Shown: positions 49,552 to 61,066 of the stretch, in pieces
How positions within the stretch are numbered: the stretch's first letter is position 1
Layout of the letters: each line of letters opens with the position of its first letter
From: Lophium mytilinum
Lineage: Eukaryota
Length of the DNA stretch: 64,000 nt
Assembly: GCA_010093605.1 (NCBI GenBank)
Contig: MU004190.1
Coordinates: 1,116,001-1,180,000 of the forward strand
Direction: 5' to 3'
Translations under genes and position numbers: made by a program
Notes under the pieces: generated by a model
What the model saw: only the letters and a program-made list of their open reading frames with translations
Told to the model about the DNA's origin: nothing
The model's database searches: none

Positions 49552-50302
49552 GTTTACGGTGGTGATAGCGGGGTAGAGGGGTGTCTGGGGAATGCGATTG
49601 AGTAGCGGGGTGCAATTGAAACTGCAGTGATGCTGCGGGTCAATACTGCGGGTCGTTCGATTTATATTGTACCATGCTTAGCAATCTAGCTGGGTAGTAG
49701 GTAGTGGTGACGTGCAGGTGAGAAAAATGGTTGCGCCAAGAAAAGGGTCTCCGGCGCACCAAGCTCGGTATTCCCTCCTCGGAGGCGAGCGGAAGAAGGG
49801 CGGGAATAAGGTTGCAGAAGCAATTGGTCTCCGCGGCGTTTGTTCATATGCTGAGTTATTGCTGGTCTTTAGGGATGGTGCAGGACAAAGCATTATTAAT
49901 AAGAGAAATTATAGAATTAGCCTTTCCGAGCGCTACAATTGGATAGCCTCAATGCTCTTGCCACGTCATAAGTCTGTAGTGTTTGACGGTTCTGCTAGAA
50001 TTTCGGAAATATATAGTTGTCGCGCTCGAGTATTGCGCGAAGCACTGCACAGAGTAGGCCGGCGAGATATTAGTTCGTATAGAAGGTTTGATTTGAATCC
50101 CATCTAGGGTACCATCTGTCCATATACGGGAGCATGTCAAGCAGCGGCAAATAAGTGGAACCACACTTACTTAGGTATGACGCTGCAATGTGCATGCATC
50201 ACTAGCTCAGATTTTCATATCATATGTACATTACTAAGAAGCCGTAGTGCTGAATAAGACTGCCAAGGCTATGAAATGCCTGTCCTACACCTACAACCTT
50301 AC

Positions 50303-52087
50303 TTACCAACCCTCCAAAGCCTTGAACTTCACCAAAAGCCCACCCTTCGGCTTGGCGGTCACACCATTCGAAATGTCCAACTTCAGTGCCGGGTTATCCA
50401 GCTCCATCTCGAAATGGCCTACGACGGCCGCTAACAAGCATGCGAACTCGGCCTTGGAAAAGTCCTTGCCGATGCAGCTCCTTGGCCCATGGAGGAAAGT
50501 CAAGTAGTCGAAGTTCGAGCTTGCACCGCCGCTGTTGGCTTTGCCGGGGCCCATCCAGCGCTCTGGGTCGAAAACTTTGGCATCTGCGCCCCATAGCTTT
50601 TCGCTGACGTTGACGGCCCAGGGGCAAATGATGATGATCGTATCCTTTGGTACGAACTGCCCAAGAAGGGTAGTGTCCTGAGCGGTGTTCCGAAGGGTCA
50701 GAGGCACAGGAGGATACACGCGCATCGTCTCGTTGATCACCGCGTTCAAGTACGCCAGGTGGTCGATGTCGGTCGATGACACCTTTGCGTCCTTGTCCAT
50801 AACGGAGGGAAGGGCTCCCCTGACTTCTTCCCGCAGTTTCTCCTGGACGTCTGGATTAGTGCAGAGCAGGTAGATCGCCCACATTAGTGCCGATGCGGTG
50901 GTTTCGTGTCCGGCCGCAAGGAAAGTCATGAGCTGGTTCACTAGATCCTCATCGCTGAAACCTCCAGACTCAAGCGCGACAGACAGAATGTCATGTTCCG
51001 TGCGCTCACCCTTCTCTACACTCTGTCGCTTGGTACGGACGAGGTCCCAGCAGGTGCTTTTGATGAGTTTGATGGCGTTTGATAGCTCTTCGTTCCGCTT
51101 GACTGGCAGTAGCCGCAGGAACCAGATTGGAATAAAGTTTCCCAGTATCTGCATGATTCGCGCCAGGCGATTCGATGTGAAGATCGTGCGATAGGTTTGG
51201 TTCAGCTCATTGTCTGGATCATCAAGTGCGTGAAAGTCGCGTCCTAGCCCGGCTAACCCGATGATATCTAGGGTGGCGCGACTTGCCCAGTTGCCGAATT
51301 CGACCACGTTTGAAGTTTTCTCGCTCGGAGCTGTGGGCTTCTTGATGGAGTCGTCAATTCCTACAACCATTTCTCGTGATTTCGCCCAGAATACCGAGTA
51401 CAGATCTTTGATGTGGCGAAAAGCGAACGCGGGCATCAAGAGTTTGCGTTGTCGCTGTCCCGATTAGGTCATGTTCAGTAGGCCAAATCGGGTAAGGTCA
51501 TACCTTATGCTCGTCGCCTTCAGCTAGTAATATACCGATGCCCAAAACACGTCCCAGTCCTTCGCGCTGTGGGAACTTAATTAGTGATTATCGGCCTTCA
51601 GGAATTTATAGACTTACGAAGCGTATGGGTTTGATGAAGTCGTAGTTTCTATGGACTAGCACCTCAGCCATGGCTTTCGGGCTGGTGATCAAGAGGCGCT
51701 CTTCGTTCCACAAGGTCGTGTATCGAATGAGGCCATCATTTGGAACGCTCTCGATCCATTCGCGCTGCGGAAATCCAGTTGGCTCCCTGAACATTCGAGG
51801 GAAATGGCCAAGTAAGATGTTTGCACCCTACCAGACTTAGTGACTTCGGAATGAACGCGGGCTTCCGCTTGGAGACTTACTGGTGGTGTTGGGATGTGTC
51901 GCAGAGGGCTCAAAAAGTGGGGGTATAGAATGATCTCATAGGTCGCGAGCACAAGAAGCTGAAAGGTATACAAAGCGGAAGCGGTCCAGAAAAAAGAACC
52001 CCCTAGACTGTATGTAGAGGCATAACGATTCACAAAGAAAGAAATGATGACGGAGTCGAGCAGAAATAACTTCTTCGGAGGCGCCAT
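50303..52087 (-). CDS. Cytochrome P450
   Basis: N-terminal TM, SPLRHIP, FLAAGHETT, ETMR, PERW, heme motif FLHGPRSCIG; three introns in the 5' part. Confidence 0.95.
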
Positions 52088-54145
52088 GACTGAAATCGAA
52101 GATAGTTGAGGTAGTACGAGGATTGCGGAGCGCCGCGAAGGGGCGGCGAAGGATTAAAAGGTGCGAGAACGACGCGCTGCCAATGCAGAGCGAGGGAAGA
52201 GCGAGACTATATAACGCAGGCTGCCTCCAAAGCGTTCCGCGCAAGCTGCAACGTCGCGAGTTTCGACGGCTGAGCAGCCATTAAGGGCGCGGGATTCGGG
52301 GGGCATCTTAATCGATGACGAACCCTGTCGAGCGGTGGAGTGTTACCCCGGCTCCGACGGGCGAGTTTCGTCGGCCTCCTGGCCTTCAGCTGCGAACTTC
52401 GCAGCATGCGCTGTTTCGGGGCAGGAGGCGTGCTGGTGTCCTTGCTGCCTCGCAAAAGACGGCACATGGCGTCGGGTTGCAGATGCCCAGTCTGAGGACA
52501 AGTGGCATCCTTGGAACTACGGGGGAAGGATGTTCCTTCGCCGTCTGCCTTCCATCCCATCTTCCATCCCATCTTTCGTATCCAGCCTCTCAGCGCCCAC
52601 GACACGTATTCATCAGAGGACTTCTCTAGGCATCACTCAGCATGAAGAAGTTGTTTCTTTGGAGAATGCTCGTGATGGTGATGATGAAGTGGCTAAACGT
52701 GCGGCAATAGGTTTGGCGTTTCCTTCCAGCAAAGCTAGGTAGTTCAAACATAGTCATCTTCAATACCTAATTTTCTGGCCATGGATAAATTGAATTTCTT
52801 AAGCGTTCCCAACCCTGAGGTCATGTTTCCCAGCGAGGTATTTAAGGGTCCTATTCTTAGATTTCAATCATATCTTGGCTTTCACGCTGCCATGAAGGTG
52901 CCAGACGTGCCCGAAAGAACCCACGCTCTATTACTTCAGTTTCATGGAAGTATCACTTTCCTGTCGTTCCCATGAAGATGTCATCCTTGGCCAATAGCCG
53001 GTGGGCACCGACATGCTGCTACTTCTGGCGCTCTACCACCGCCGCAGCCCGCCTCGTCTTAGTGTGGTGCACGGTGAGATGGTGCTGTCCTGCGCCTGTT
53101 TAACAGAGCTTGCCAGAACCCTCACTCGTGTCCATCCGAGGGCGGCCGAAGATCTTCGGCTGCTCATCATCAAGGAAAACAATATTCAATCAGAGTACGT
53201 ATTCGAACTTGTATTGAGCCTTTCGATTGAATGTCCAGCAGCTTATTGATGTCGGCTTCTCTAAGTATATGCCCGATGACATCCCAACTCTCGCTATGGA
53301 TCCGGTAGTCGAATCCTGACGCCTCAGCAGAAGACTGGTCCTCCTATAAACCCAAGTCGAAAGATCTGGACTCAAAAGCAGCGCGGAGATTGAGCCTAAC
53401 GTTCAAAATCGAAGCAATACTAAGCGCTTTCTACCCTTTCCCCCCGAGAGAGCAGCCTTTCGCTTCTTGGATGTTTGTTTGCGCTATGGAAGTCATTTCC
53501 CTTCGTTGCTTGTCACTTTTCTTTTTGGCCAGAAGGGCTTCTAAACCTACACGGAGCAGCGTTATCACAGTGCGCTGGATGAGCGAGGTAACATCAGTAG
53601 AGTTTTGCTCGTCTTTCTCAGCGTTTCATTCCCAGGCACGTGGTCGGAAACGTCCACGCACTGGCCGTGGGCGCGGTCATGGCGCTAACGCAATGGGCAA
53701 TGGTGACTCTGAAAATCCGAGCTTAAGCGCACTGCTCTCCAACCTACGATCACTGTCGCTGTTACTCTGCCAAACATGTGGCAGGCCGCTTGTTTCCGAC
53801 GTCTTATCGATTAGCTCTCTTAGGCCACAGCCGGCGATTCACCACGATCTATAGGCGACGCAAGCTCGCATTGGCCACGCCCTCTCGCTGGCAACACGTC
53901 TATTTGAGGGAGCAAGTGAAGACGGGCAGGCAGCGCGCAGGTAGTCCCATCCAGATCATTCACCCGTATCTCCTCCATTATTTGACGTCAACGGGCATAC
54001 TTAAACCAACTCTCGACCCGTCAACAGACCTTCTCCTCACATCAACACCCCACCGCCACACCTCCATACAACCACCCTCCTCCACAAATCTACCACAACA
54101 GATTCATCCCCACCCACCTCCGGACCCGAGTCCACCACCGTCACA

Positions 54146-56026
54146 ATGACGAAGGATCCTCTCAAGCACAAGGTGTTCGAGGAGCTTAGCATCCACACTA
54201 CGAAGTGCGATTGCTGTGAGGACCGCAATAGGGACATCATCCGCCGTTGCAAGACGTGCAGCTTCCAAGTTTGCACCAAATGCTTCACGAGTAATCCGAG
54301 CGCTCTTAACCATGGCTATGATGAGGACACCTCCGACGAGGAGGGCGAAGAAGGCGAGAAGATGGAGGGCGTGGAAACCACAACTTCGGTCACAGGCACG
54401 TCTGCGAACCCAGTGCCAATTCTCGCCTCCTCGGAACCAGCTTCCCCGGAGACCGCACCCCCAAAGATTGCTACCGCTGCTCCATCAGTCTCAAGCGCAA
54501 ACGCCCTCACCTCCCAGACCGAAGTGTCTGCCAGCGAAACCAATCTCCCTGCGACTCCCGCCGCGCCAGTCGAACATGCGTCAGAACCCAAGTCCTCTGG
54601 TAAATCCTCCAAAGCCAAAGGCAAGAAACGTGCACGATCCTCTTCATCTTCCTCCTCGGACGCCGACATGAGCGACGGCGGTGTGCCTCTACCGCAGAAA
54701 GCCAAGCACGCTACAGTGGAGACCGACTCCGAGGCCGATGAAGGCGGAGATAAGTATACACCCAAGGCAACCCTCTCCGGCCGCTTTGCGCCCGCTCGCA
54801 CCGTCCAGGCAGACCCAGAAACAGAGACGGACGGGGAGGAGGTACTTGTTGGCGTTCAACCGAACAAGGGAACTCCTGCTCGAGCTGGCGCTGCGCAGAC
54901 TGGCCGCATCAAGCCGAAGGCGACGTCCAAGCCTCCTAGAGCTACGCTCATGGATTCACCGGCGGACAGCACAACTTCGACTCGCACCAACCCGGGCACC
55001 GTTGAGCGTCCTCATTACCCCCCTAGCGGCAACATCGATGCCTTTATGGCAGGCTACACTCCAGGCCAGTCACCCATGGCACGAACAATTTCCTCTGGTC
55101 CCGCTAAGACTGCGATTCCGAACAAGATTAGCGGTGCGCGTCACGTGCCGCGCGCGGCGGACGTGAAGAAGACGGTTGAAGAGGCCGCAAAGAACATGCT
55201 TGCCTCCGCCTCCATCATCAACGAAGACAATCCAACCGTTGGACGCGCGAACACATCCCAAGAGCATAATTACCCTCTTCCTACTCCGAAGGGTTGGCCT
55301 GTCAATGATGATGGCAGTGCTGTCGTCCCACGCACCGCAGAAGAGGCCCAACAATTTGCAGCGATCGCTCGTGCCCAGCAGGCTCGCGCGACTACACCGG
55401 CTCCGCTACAAGACCCCATGGCTGCCCCTCGCCAGCGTGCTCGTGCCCCTGCAGCCGCTGCCCCTCAGGGTGTCCCTTTTCCAAACGCCATCCCGCAGCA
55501 GGTCTTCCTCACCGAGTTGAACAGCATTATAGGGCCCATGAGTCGACCACAACGCGCCGAGTTCCTCCGCCGCCTCACAGGCAAGGCCCACAAGATTGCG
55601 GACAACATCTGGGGACCTGTAGCCCCCGTTGCTGCTCCCCCTCAGGCTCCCCCCCAACAGCCCTACGTCCCACATGGATATCTGCTCATCTCGCAGGATC
55701 CGCAGCAGGCTCGCGCCCCGCAGGGTTACTACCACCCGCAGGACTACGCCCACCCGAGTGGATATGGCTATCGTGGCCAATATGCTCAGAACGGATTGCC
55801 GGACCCAGCGCCATCGACGCAGAATCCGCCATTTAGGCTGCCCGACGCCGTCTATGCTGCAGCCGTCGCGCGGAACGCGGCTCCAGGCCCGGGCCCAGCT
55901 CCTGTCCCAGGCCCCGCCCCCGCCCCCGCCCCCGCTCCTACTCCAGCTCGAGCTCAGCCTCAGACTCGCCAGCCTGCTCCCGGAGAGACGCCTAAGGAGC
56001 CCACCAAGCGCCGCCGTGTCGGTTAG
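54146..56026 (+). CDS. Hypothetical protein: N-terminal Cys/His putative Zn-binding module, long disordered P/A/Q-rich body, C-terminal NLS-like KRRR
   Basis: 626-aa ORF; KCDCC...RCKTC..VCTKC...H; PAPAPA repeats near the C-terminus. Confidence 0.7.
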   Translation: MTKDPLKHKVFEELSIHTTKCDCCEDRNRDIIRRCKTCSFQVCTKCFTSNPSALNHGYDEDTSDEEGEEGEKMEGVETTTSVTGTSANPVPILASSEPASPETAPPKIATAAPSVSSANALTSQTEVSASETNLPATPAAPVEHASEPKSSGKSSKAKGKKRARSSSSSSSDADMSDGGVPLPQKAKHATVETDSEADEGGDKYTPKATLSGRFAPARTVQADPETETDGEEVLVGVQPNKGTPARAGAAQTGRIKPKATSKPPRATLMDSPADSTTSTRTNPGTVERPHYPPSGNIDAFMAGYTPGQSPMARTISSGPAKTAIPNKISGARHVPRAADVKKTVEEAAKNMLASASIINEDNPTVGRANTSQEHNYPLPTPKGWPVNDDGSAVVPRTAEEAQQFAAIARAQQARATTPAPLQDPMAAPRQRARAPAAAAPQGVPFPNAIPQQVFLTELNSIIGPMSRPQRAEFLRRLTGKAHKIADNIWGPVAPVAAPPQAPPQQPYVPHGYLLISQDPQQARAPQGYYHPQDYAHPSGYGYRGQYAQNGLPDPAPSTQNPPFRLPDAVYAAAVARNAAPGPGPAPVPGPAPAPAPAPTPARAQPQTRQPAPGETPKEPTKRRRVG

Positions 56027-56466
56027 CTGTGCTCTCACACAACCAGTTCACGAGCGAGAAGTTGGAGAATTGTCCAGTGCTGTTGTGTTGGGTTAGCATA
56101 TCACCGTTCAGGATCAAGGAGTCGACATCAACTTCCATGCTGTTGGATTCTGAAATCAATATGCCGATGTTCTGGAGTTAAGCTGTTCATTATGGTTCTC
56201 ATTCAACGGGCGGCGATGTTGATGTTAATGATGTGGTAAGTGGTGAGCATGGTGATGCTTAATGCTTCTGGGCGGTAATCTTGTGGTTTTGTTGGCGGCT
56301 TTGTTACCTACCTACGGCGGCATGTGGATAGGGCAATGATTAATGACATGGCTTTGGTTAATACCAGCTTAGTGTTTTGTTGCAGTGGGTTGTGATGTGT
56401 GATGTGTGATATCGATTGGGAGCACGTGACTTCTTCACGTCTACCTACAGTAGAGGAGATGAACAA

Positions 56467-57136
56467 GGATAAGCCTACTCGTAGCCCCCCTTTCACCTCG
56501 TCGTAGCCCCCCTTTTGCCTCCGTGTAGCCCCCCCTATATTAGGTCTAGCGCCGGCCCGTATAAATATTGTTCCACCAATTAAACTTACTTGTTTAACTT
56601 TATAGAAGGCTGCGCAATATAGTAAGTTGCCTAGCTAAAGATTACAAGAGAAGGAAGCTTTCATCTAATAGTTAGTCTTCTTAGTACGCGTACGCCGCTT
56701 CCTGTTAGCTAGTGTGTACGTTCCTGCGCAGTCGCATTCCATAAAAACTTTGCGCACTTATGGTGGAGTGCGCTTGTTATACTTATTACCACATTTTTAA
56801 AAGGCATAGCCCTGCGCCTTTACATAGGCTTGGATAGATGCCATACCAGCCTCTACGGACTTGTAGCGGGCCCAAGGGGGTGCCCGGAGTAGCATAGTAT
56901 TAAGGTAGGATGCAGGAGAGAATATTATACGTTCACCTGTAATGTATAGATTTAGTTAGCTTAACGTGCAAGGCAAGCTAGAGGTAAACGAGTGAGTTTA
57001 ATTGGTGGAACAATATTTATATGGGCCGGCGCTAGACCTAATATAGGGGGGGCTACACGGAGGCAAAAGGGGGGCTACGACGAGGTGAAAGGGGGGCTAC
57101 GACGAGGTGAAAGGGGGGCTACGAGTAGGCTTGTCC
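56467..57136. mobile_element. Non-autonomous Mutator-like (MULE) deletion derivative / MITE, 670 bp
   Basis: ~130-bp TIRs (GGATAAGCCTACTCGTAGCCCCCC... / ...GGGGGGCTACGAGTAGGCTTGTCC); perfect 8-bp TSD ATGAACAA at 56459-56466 and 57137-57144. Confidence 0.93.
56650..56895 (-). pseudogene. RIP-damaged N-terminal fragment of a MULE transposase (FAR1/WRKY-like DNA-binding region)
   Basis: Manual translation: MLLRAPPWARYKSVEAGMASIQAYVKAQGYAF*KCGNKYNKRTPP*VRKVFMECDCAGTYTLANRKRRTRTKKTNY*MKAS. Confidence 0.75.
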
Positions 57137-57362
57137 ATGAACAACTCAATTTGCGTATCGCGTCAATTGGCGGGATCTAGATCCTGTTCGAATGCATCAG
57201 CATGCTTCTGTTTGCTTCGCTGAATGACTTGGCAACTTGCGGCTGAAGCTACGAGCTGAAAGCTTTAGTCCCCCTACTTCGCCATACGCTTCCACCGGAC
57301 GGGAACCAGGCCCGTGATATTAGTCATCTATATTCCATCTTTGAGCTAATAGATCTATTACT

Positions 57363-59422
57363 ATGGGCGCCGTTCAATCTAACGTCCCCTCCCCAACTGG
57401 TGTTAACCATTTGTCCCACTCGTGCTTGCAAACGGATCCAGAGACACTATGCGCCCAATGCCATGCCGTTTTCAGTAAATTCAGTGCCTATCCGAGCGTT
57501 GCCTGGCTAAAAGCAATAATGGAGCCCTCTTTCTCCATCCCTCAAGAACCACAGGACCACCATCAATCACTTCACTCCTTCCAGCACGCGATCAAGTCTG
57601 GCTGTACCTTTTGTCGTCTTGCCTGGTGGGAACTACTCCGACGGTGCTCCGACTCCAGGGATCTTGATCGTATAGAAACGTGTCAGAAGCTGCGCACAGT
57701 GGTACGGTTGCAGGGAGCGTTGCGACAGCGCTTCATAGCCCTGGAATGCTGGTTGGACGACACTCCAGGGAAGGAAGAAGGTTGGACGGTGTTTTTCGAG
57801 CTTTATGTTCTCAAACCTGCGCAGCAAAGTCAACAACGAATGCCTGGAGTGGACCCAGCTACGACGGAGTTCATCGATCTTCAGCCCTGGCTGGCAACCT
57901 GTATAAAATTGCACTCGTGCGGGAAGAGTATTCAAAGAGGCTATATTCCACCCCGCCTGCTAGACTGCAGCGATAGAATACGCCCTTTTGAAGCATCTCA
58001 GATCGATGAGAAGGTAGTTGACAGACGATATGCCGCTGTTAGTAATTGTTGGGGCCTTAATCTTATGCCTGTGGTCCTGACGACCGAGAACATCCAGAGT
58101 TTCTACCAGGAGATTCCAGGTCTACCCGCAACGTTCAGGGACGCGACCAAAGATTATCAAGCGGCTCGGTATACGATGGCTCTGGATAGACAGTCTCTGC
58201 ATAATCCAGTGCGGCTCCCGACATGTATCTGACCGGCGACAACATGTCACCGAAATGGCCGAAGTCTACGCAAACTGCCATCTCAACATCGCAGCGTTCC
58301 ACTCAGCTGATCCCGACGGCGGCTGCTTCATCCTCGTCCGCTCCCTCTCACAGGAGCCTGCGTCTTAAAAGCCCACTTCTTAGACGCCGCCAAACCCCCC
58401 CCCGCCCACCCCCCCCCCCCCTCCTCATCGGCGTCGTACCCTCCACATACGGCATGATCGGAAAATTCCCCTCAACACCCGCGCCTGGGTCTTCCAAGAG
58501 CGCCGTCTATCTCCCCACGTCGCGCACTTCTCCTCCACCGCCCTCTTCTGGGAATGCCGCGCCCTCTACGCCTCCGCCGCCTTCCCCTCCGGCCTCGACA
58601 GCTTCCACACGCGCTCCGGCGCCCACGCCTTCCGCAAAAACGGCACCGGCCTCACCCGCCTCTGGGACTTCAAGGGCCGCAGCCTGCACATCGACCGCGC
58701 GTTCCACACCTCGCACTGGGAGCCCCCGGCGGCGTCCTCGCTCGTCCCCTTCGGCAAGGGTAAGCGCTACGCGCGCCATTGGATGAACCTCTGCGAGTCG
58801 TATACCCACCTCGCTATTACTAGCGACGCGGACAGGCTGCTCGGCATCGCGGCGCTTGTGCGACGTATGAACGAGCGCTTCTTCCGCGGCCGCTACGTCG
58901 AGGGCTTCTTTGAGGGATGCCTCCCTGGCGGGCTGATGTTCAGAGTGACGAGGCGGCGCGAGGCGAGGCGGGGAGGTTATATTGCGCCGACGTGGAGCTG
59001 GGCAGCCGCTCGCGGGAATGTCGCTTTTTACCGGATTACGTACGAGGAGCCGATTGCTGTGGTGAAGGCTATGCGGGTAGCGCTCATCGATCCGGAGAAC
59101 AAGTACGGGCAGCTAGAGGGCGGGTGGATCACGCTTGAGAGCCTGATGTTTCGGACGCGGGAGGAGCCGGCGTGGGTATAATGGTGTTGTGGCGACGGAG
59201 GCGGGACATGATGCGTTGCGTGTGAGGAGAAATGTTGTTATGGAGATATGCTTTGACGTTCCCGATATAGAGATTGAAACTTCGGAGGTCGTGTTTGTGC
59301 ATATTTGGCGGAATCATGCGATTTATCTTGGTGCTAAGCGGGATGGGGAGGCCGAGAAGCTGGAGCGGGTTGGGTGCTGGAGGATTGGGAGGGCGGAGGT
59401 GAGGGATGAGAATGATTTCTGA
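57363..59422 (+). pseudogene. Disrupted HET-domain (heterokaryon incompatibility) gene
   Basis: PPRLLD, YAAVSNCWG, LPATFRDA; frameshift ~58149 to RLGIRWLWIDSLCIIQ, MAEVYANCHLNIAA; stop at 58366; PLNTRAWVFQERRLS, DRLLGIAAL, APTWSWAA; further stop/shift ~59181. Confidence 0.85.
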
Positions 59423-59687
59423 AAATGAGCAACAGGACAGAGATTGTAACTATTCTGGTGGGTGCATCCGCAAGCATCTATTAGCTGGGTTAAAGGCAGT
59501 CTAATATTGGCTACATTATCCTTCACATCGCATAAGAGATGCAATACTATGTTAGAAGGATAGGCGCACGGATATACAGCTGCGCCAGCTCGAGACTTGC
59601 TCGCTTATCACCACTGCTAGGGGTACCCCACCAGCACGTAGCTAGTCAGTCAAGAGACAGCCTGAATTGCACTGCCTGAAACTCGAC

Positions 59688-61066
59688 TTAAATATCGGCT
59701 CTCGGATTCGATTGGTGAATTAGCGATCGAACGCTCCGATTGGATGGAAATCTCCTAAATGAAATGGTCCCAGAGATACCCGCAGAATCCCAGATCTCGC
59801 GCATCGACTTAGTTTGCAGTTCTGTACCGCTCCATTCGACAAGGCTTTCAGTCCTTGGGTTGCCTAACGTGTCTTCCTCAGCGTTGAGTCTCCATAATTT
59901 GGGGAAACAGCGGTGTTTGTTATGGGCAAACTGTATGATCCACTCGTAGGTCCAAGGCTCGAATGCTGCATGTGGTCCTATCATTTTTTCGCGGTCTTCA
60001 TCGGCGGTATGAAGTAGACTCGAGCGGAGACCAAAGTAGATCTAAGTAGCGTCAATATCAGTAGTGCTGCGAGTAAGGTGGATCCCTCGGAACAAGCAGC
60101 AGGACTTACGTCAAGTGTTTCCATTGAATGGGGAAACAGCTCGTAGGCTCCATTCCTAGATTCATGTGGGGCTGGAGACTTGAATAGGTAGTAGAAAGGG
60201 ATTTTGATATTGGCGAGAGAGACGAATGTACGCAAGTCTAATCTGGACCCATCGTGGCCTGCAGAAATCTGCCGCATGGGTGGCCCTGACCCTAAGTCCA
60301 AGTTTACAAGAGTACTACTGACTAGTGCTAACACTCGCCCGAACTTTGAAGGCGAGCAATGGTCTTGCATAACTACGCGAGTTGGATGTGTACGCCGATA
60401 TTCTCCTGGTAGGGAACACGCGAGCGTCCGAAGAGTTGTAGTCGAGCTGAGTAACTCGGTAAATAGGCTTGCTGATGGAGTCACCGTGAGGAGATCTAGC
60501 GCATGAACCGGAGAAGGGCCAGGCAAAAACGCGGAAGTATCTAACTCGTAACGGAGAGAACATCGAATCGAACGAATGCTTGGAAGAGACATGAACTCCC
60601 TCAGGATTGCCGCGGAGATGCACGAATATTCGATTACTCGAAGGTGTGGCATCTTGTTGACTTGTAAGAAATGAGGTGTTAAGGGAAAAGCCCCGCACTG
60701 AATTTCCAGGGTCCGAACATTTGGGAGCCTTTCTAGTAGAGCGTTTGCTGGGCCAGAAGCATGGCCCTTGTAGTTGTTTTTGTAAATCATGTGGAACTTT
60801 TGAATGAAGGCCGCGTATTGTGGTTTCTCGATCATAGTACGCTTGAGTAAGGCGCAACTTGAGCCTCCACCATTCTCGTCCAAGATAGTCACCTCAATAG
60901 CTTGGAACATGTACCGCGGTATTATTGCACTGAATCTGTGACAGAGAAGCCTTAGTTGGGCTAAAAAGCTGGTCATGTTGCTGCTGGCTTCATCATCATA
61001 ACTTGATTGACAACATTTGAAAATCTCATGAAGAATGTCATCGTTGAGATCCAAGAACTGAGTCAT
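59688..61066 (-). CDS. F-box/LRR-like hypothetical protein
   Basis: MTQFLDLNDDILHEIF...LRLLCHRF...PRYMFQ; LRR-like LPNVRTLEI and LRTFVSLANIKI; intron ~60042-60109 joins the 59688 exon in frame. Confidence 0.72.

Noticed and set aside
48129..52087. Secondary-metabolite cluster (OYE + P450)
   Set aside because: No PKS/NRPS/terpene synthase, transporter or cluster regulator in the window; both families are common stand-alone genes.
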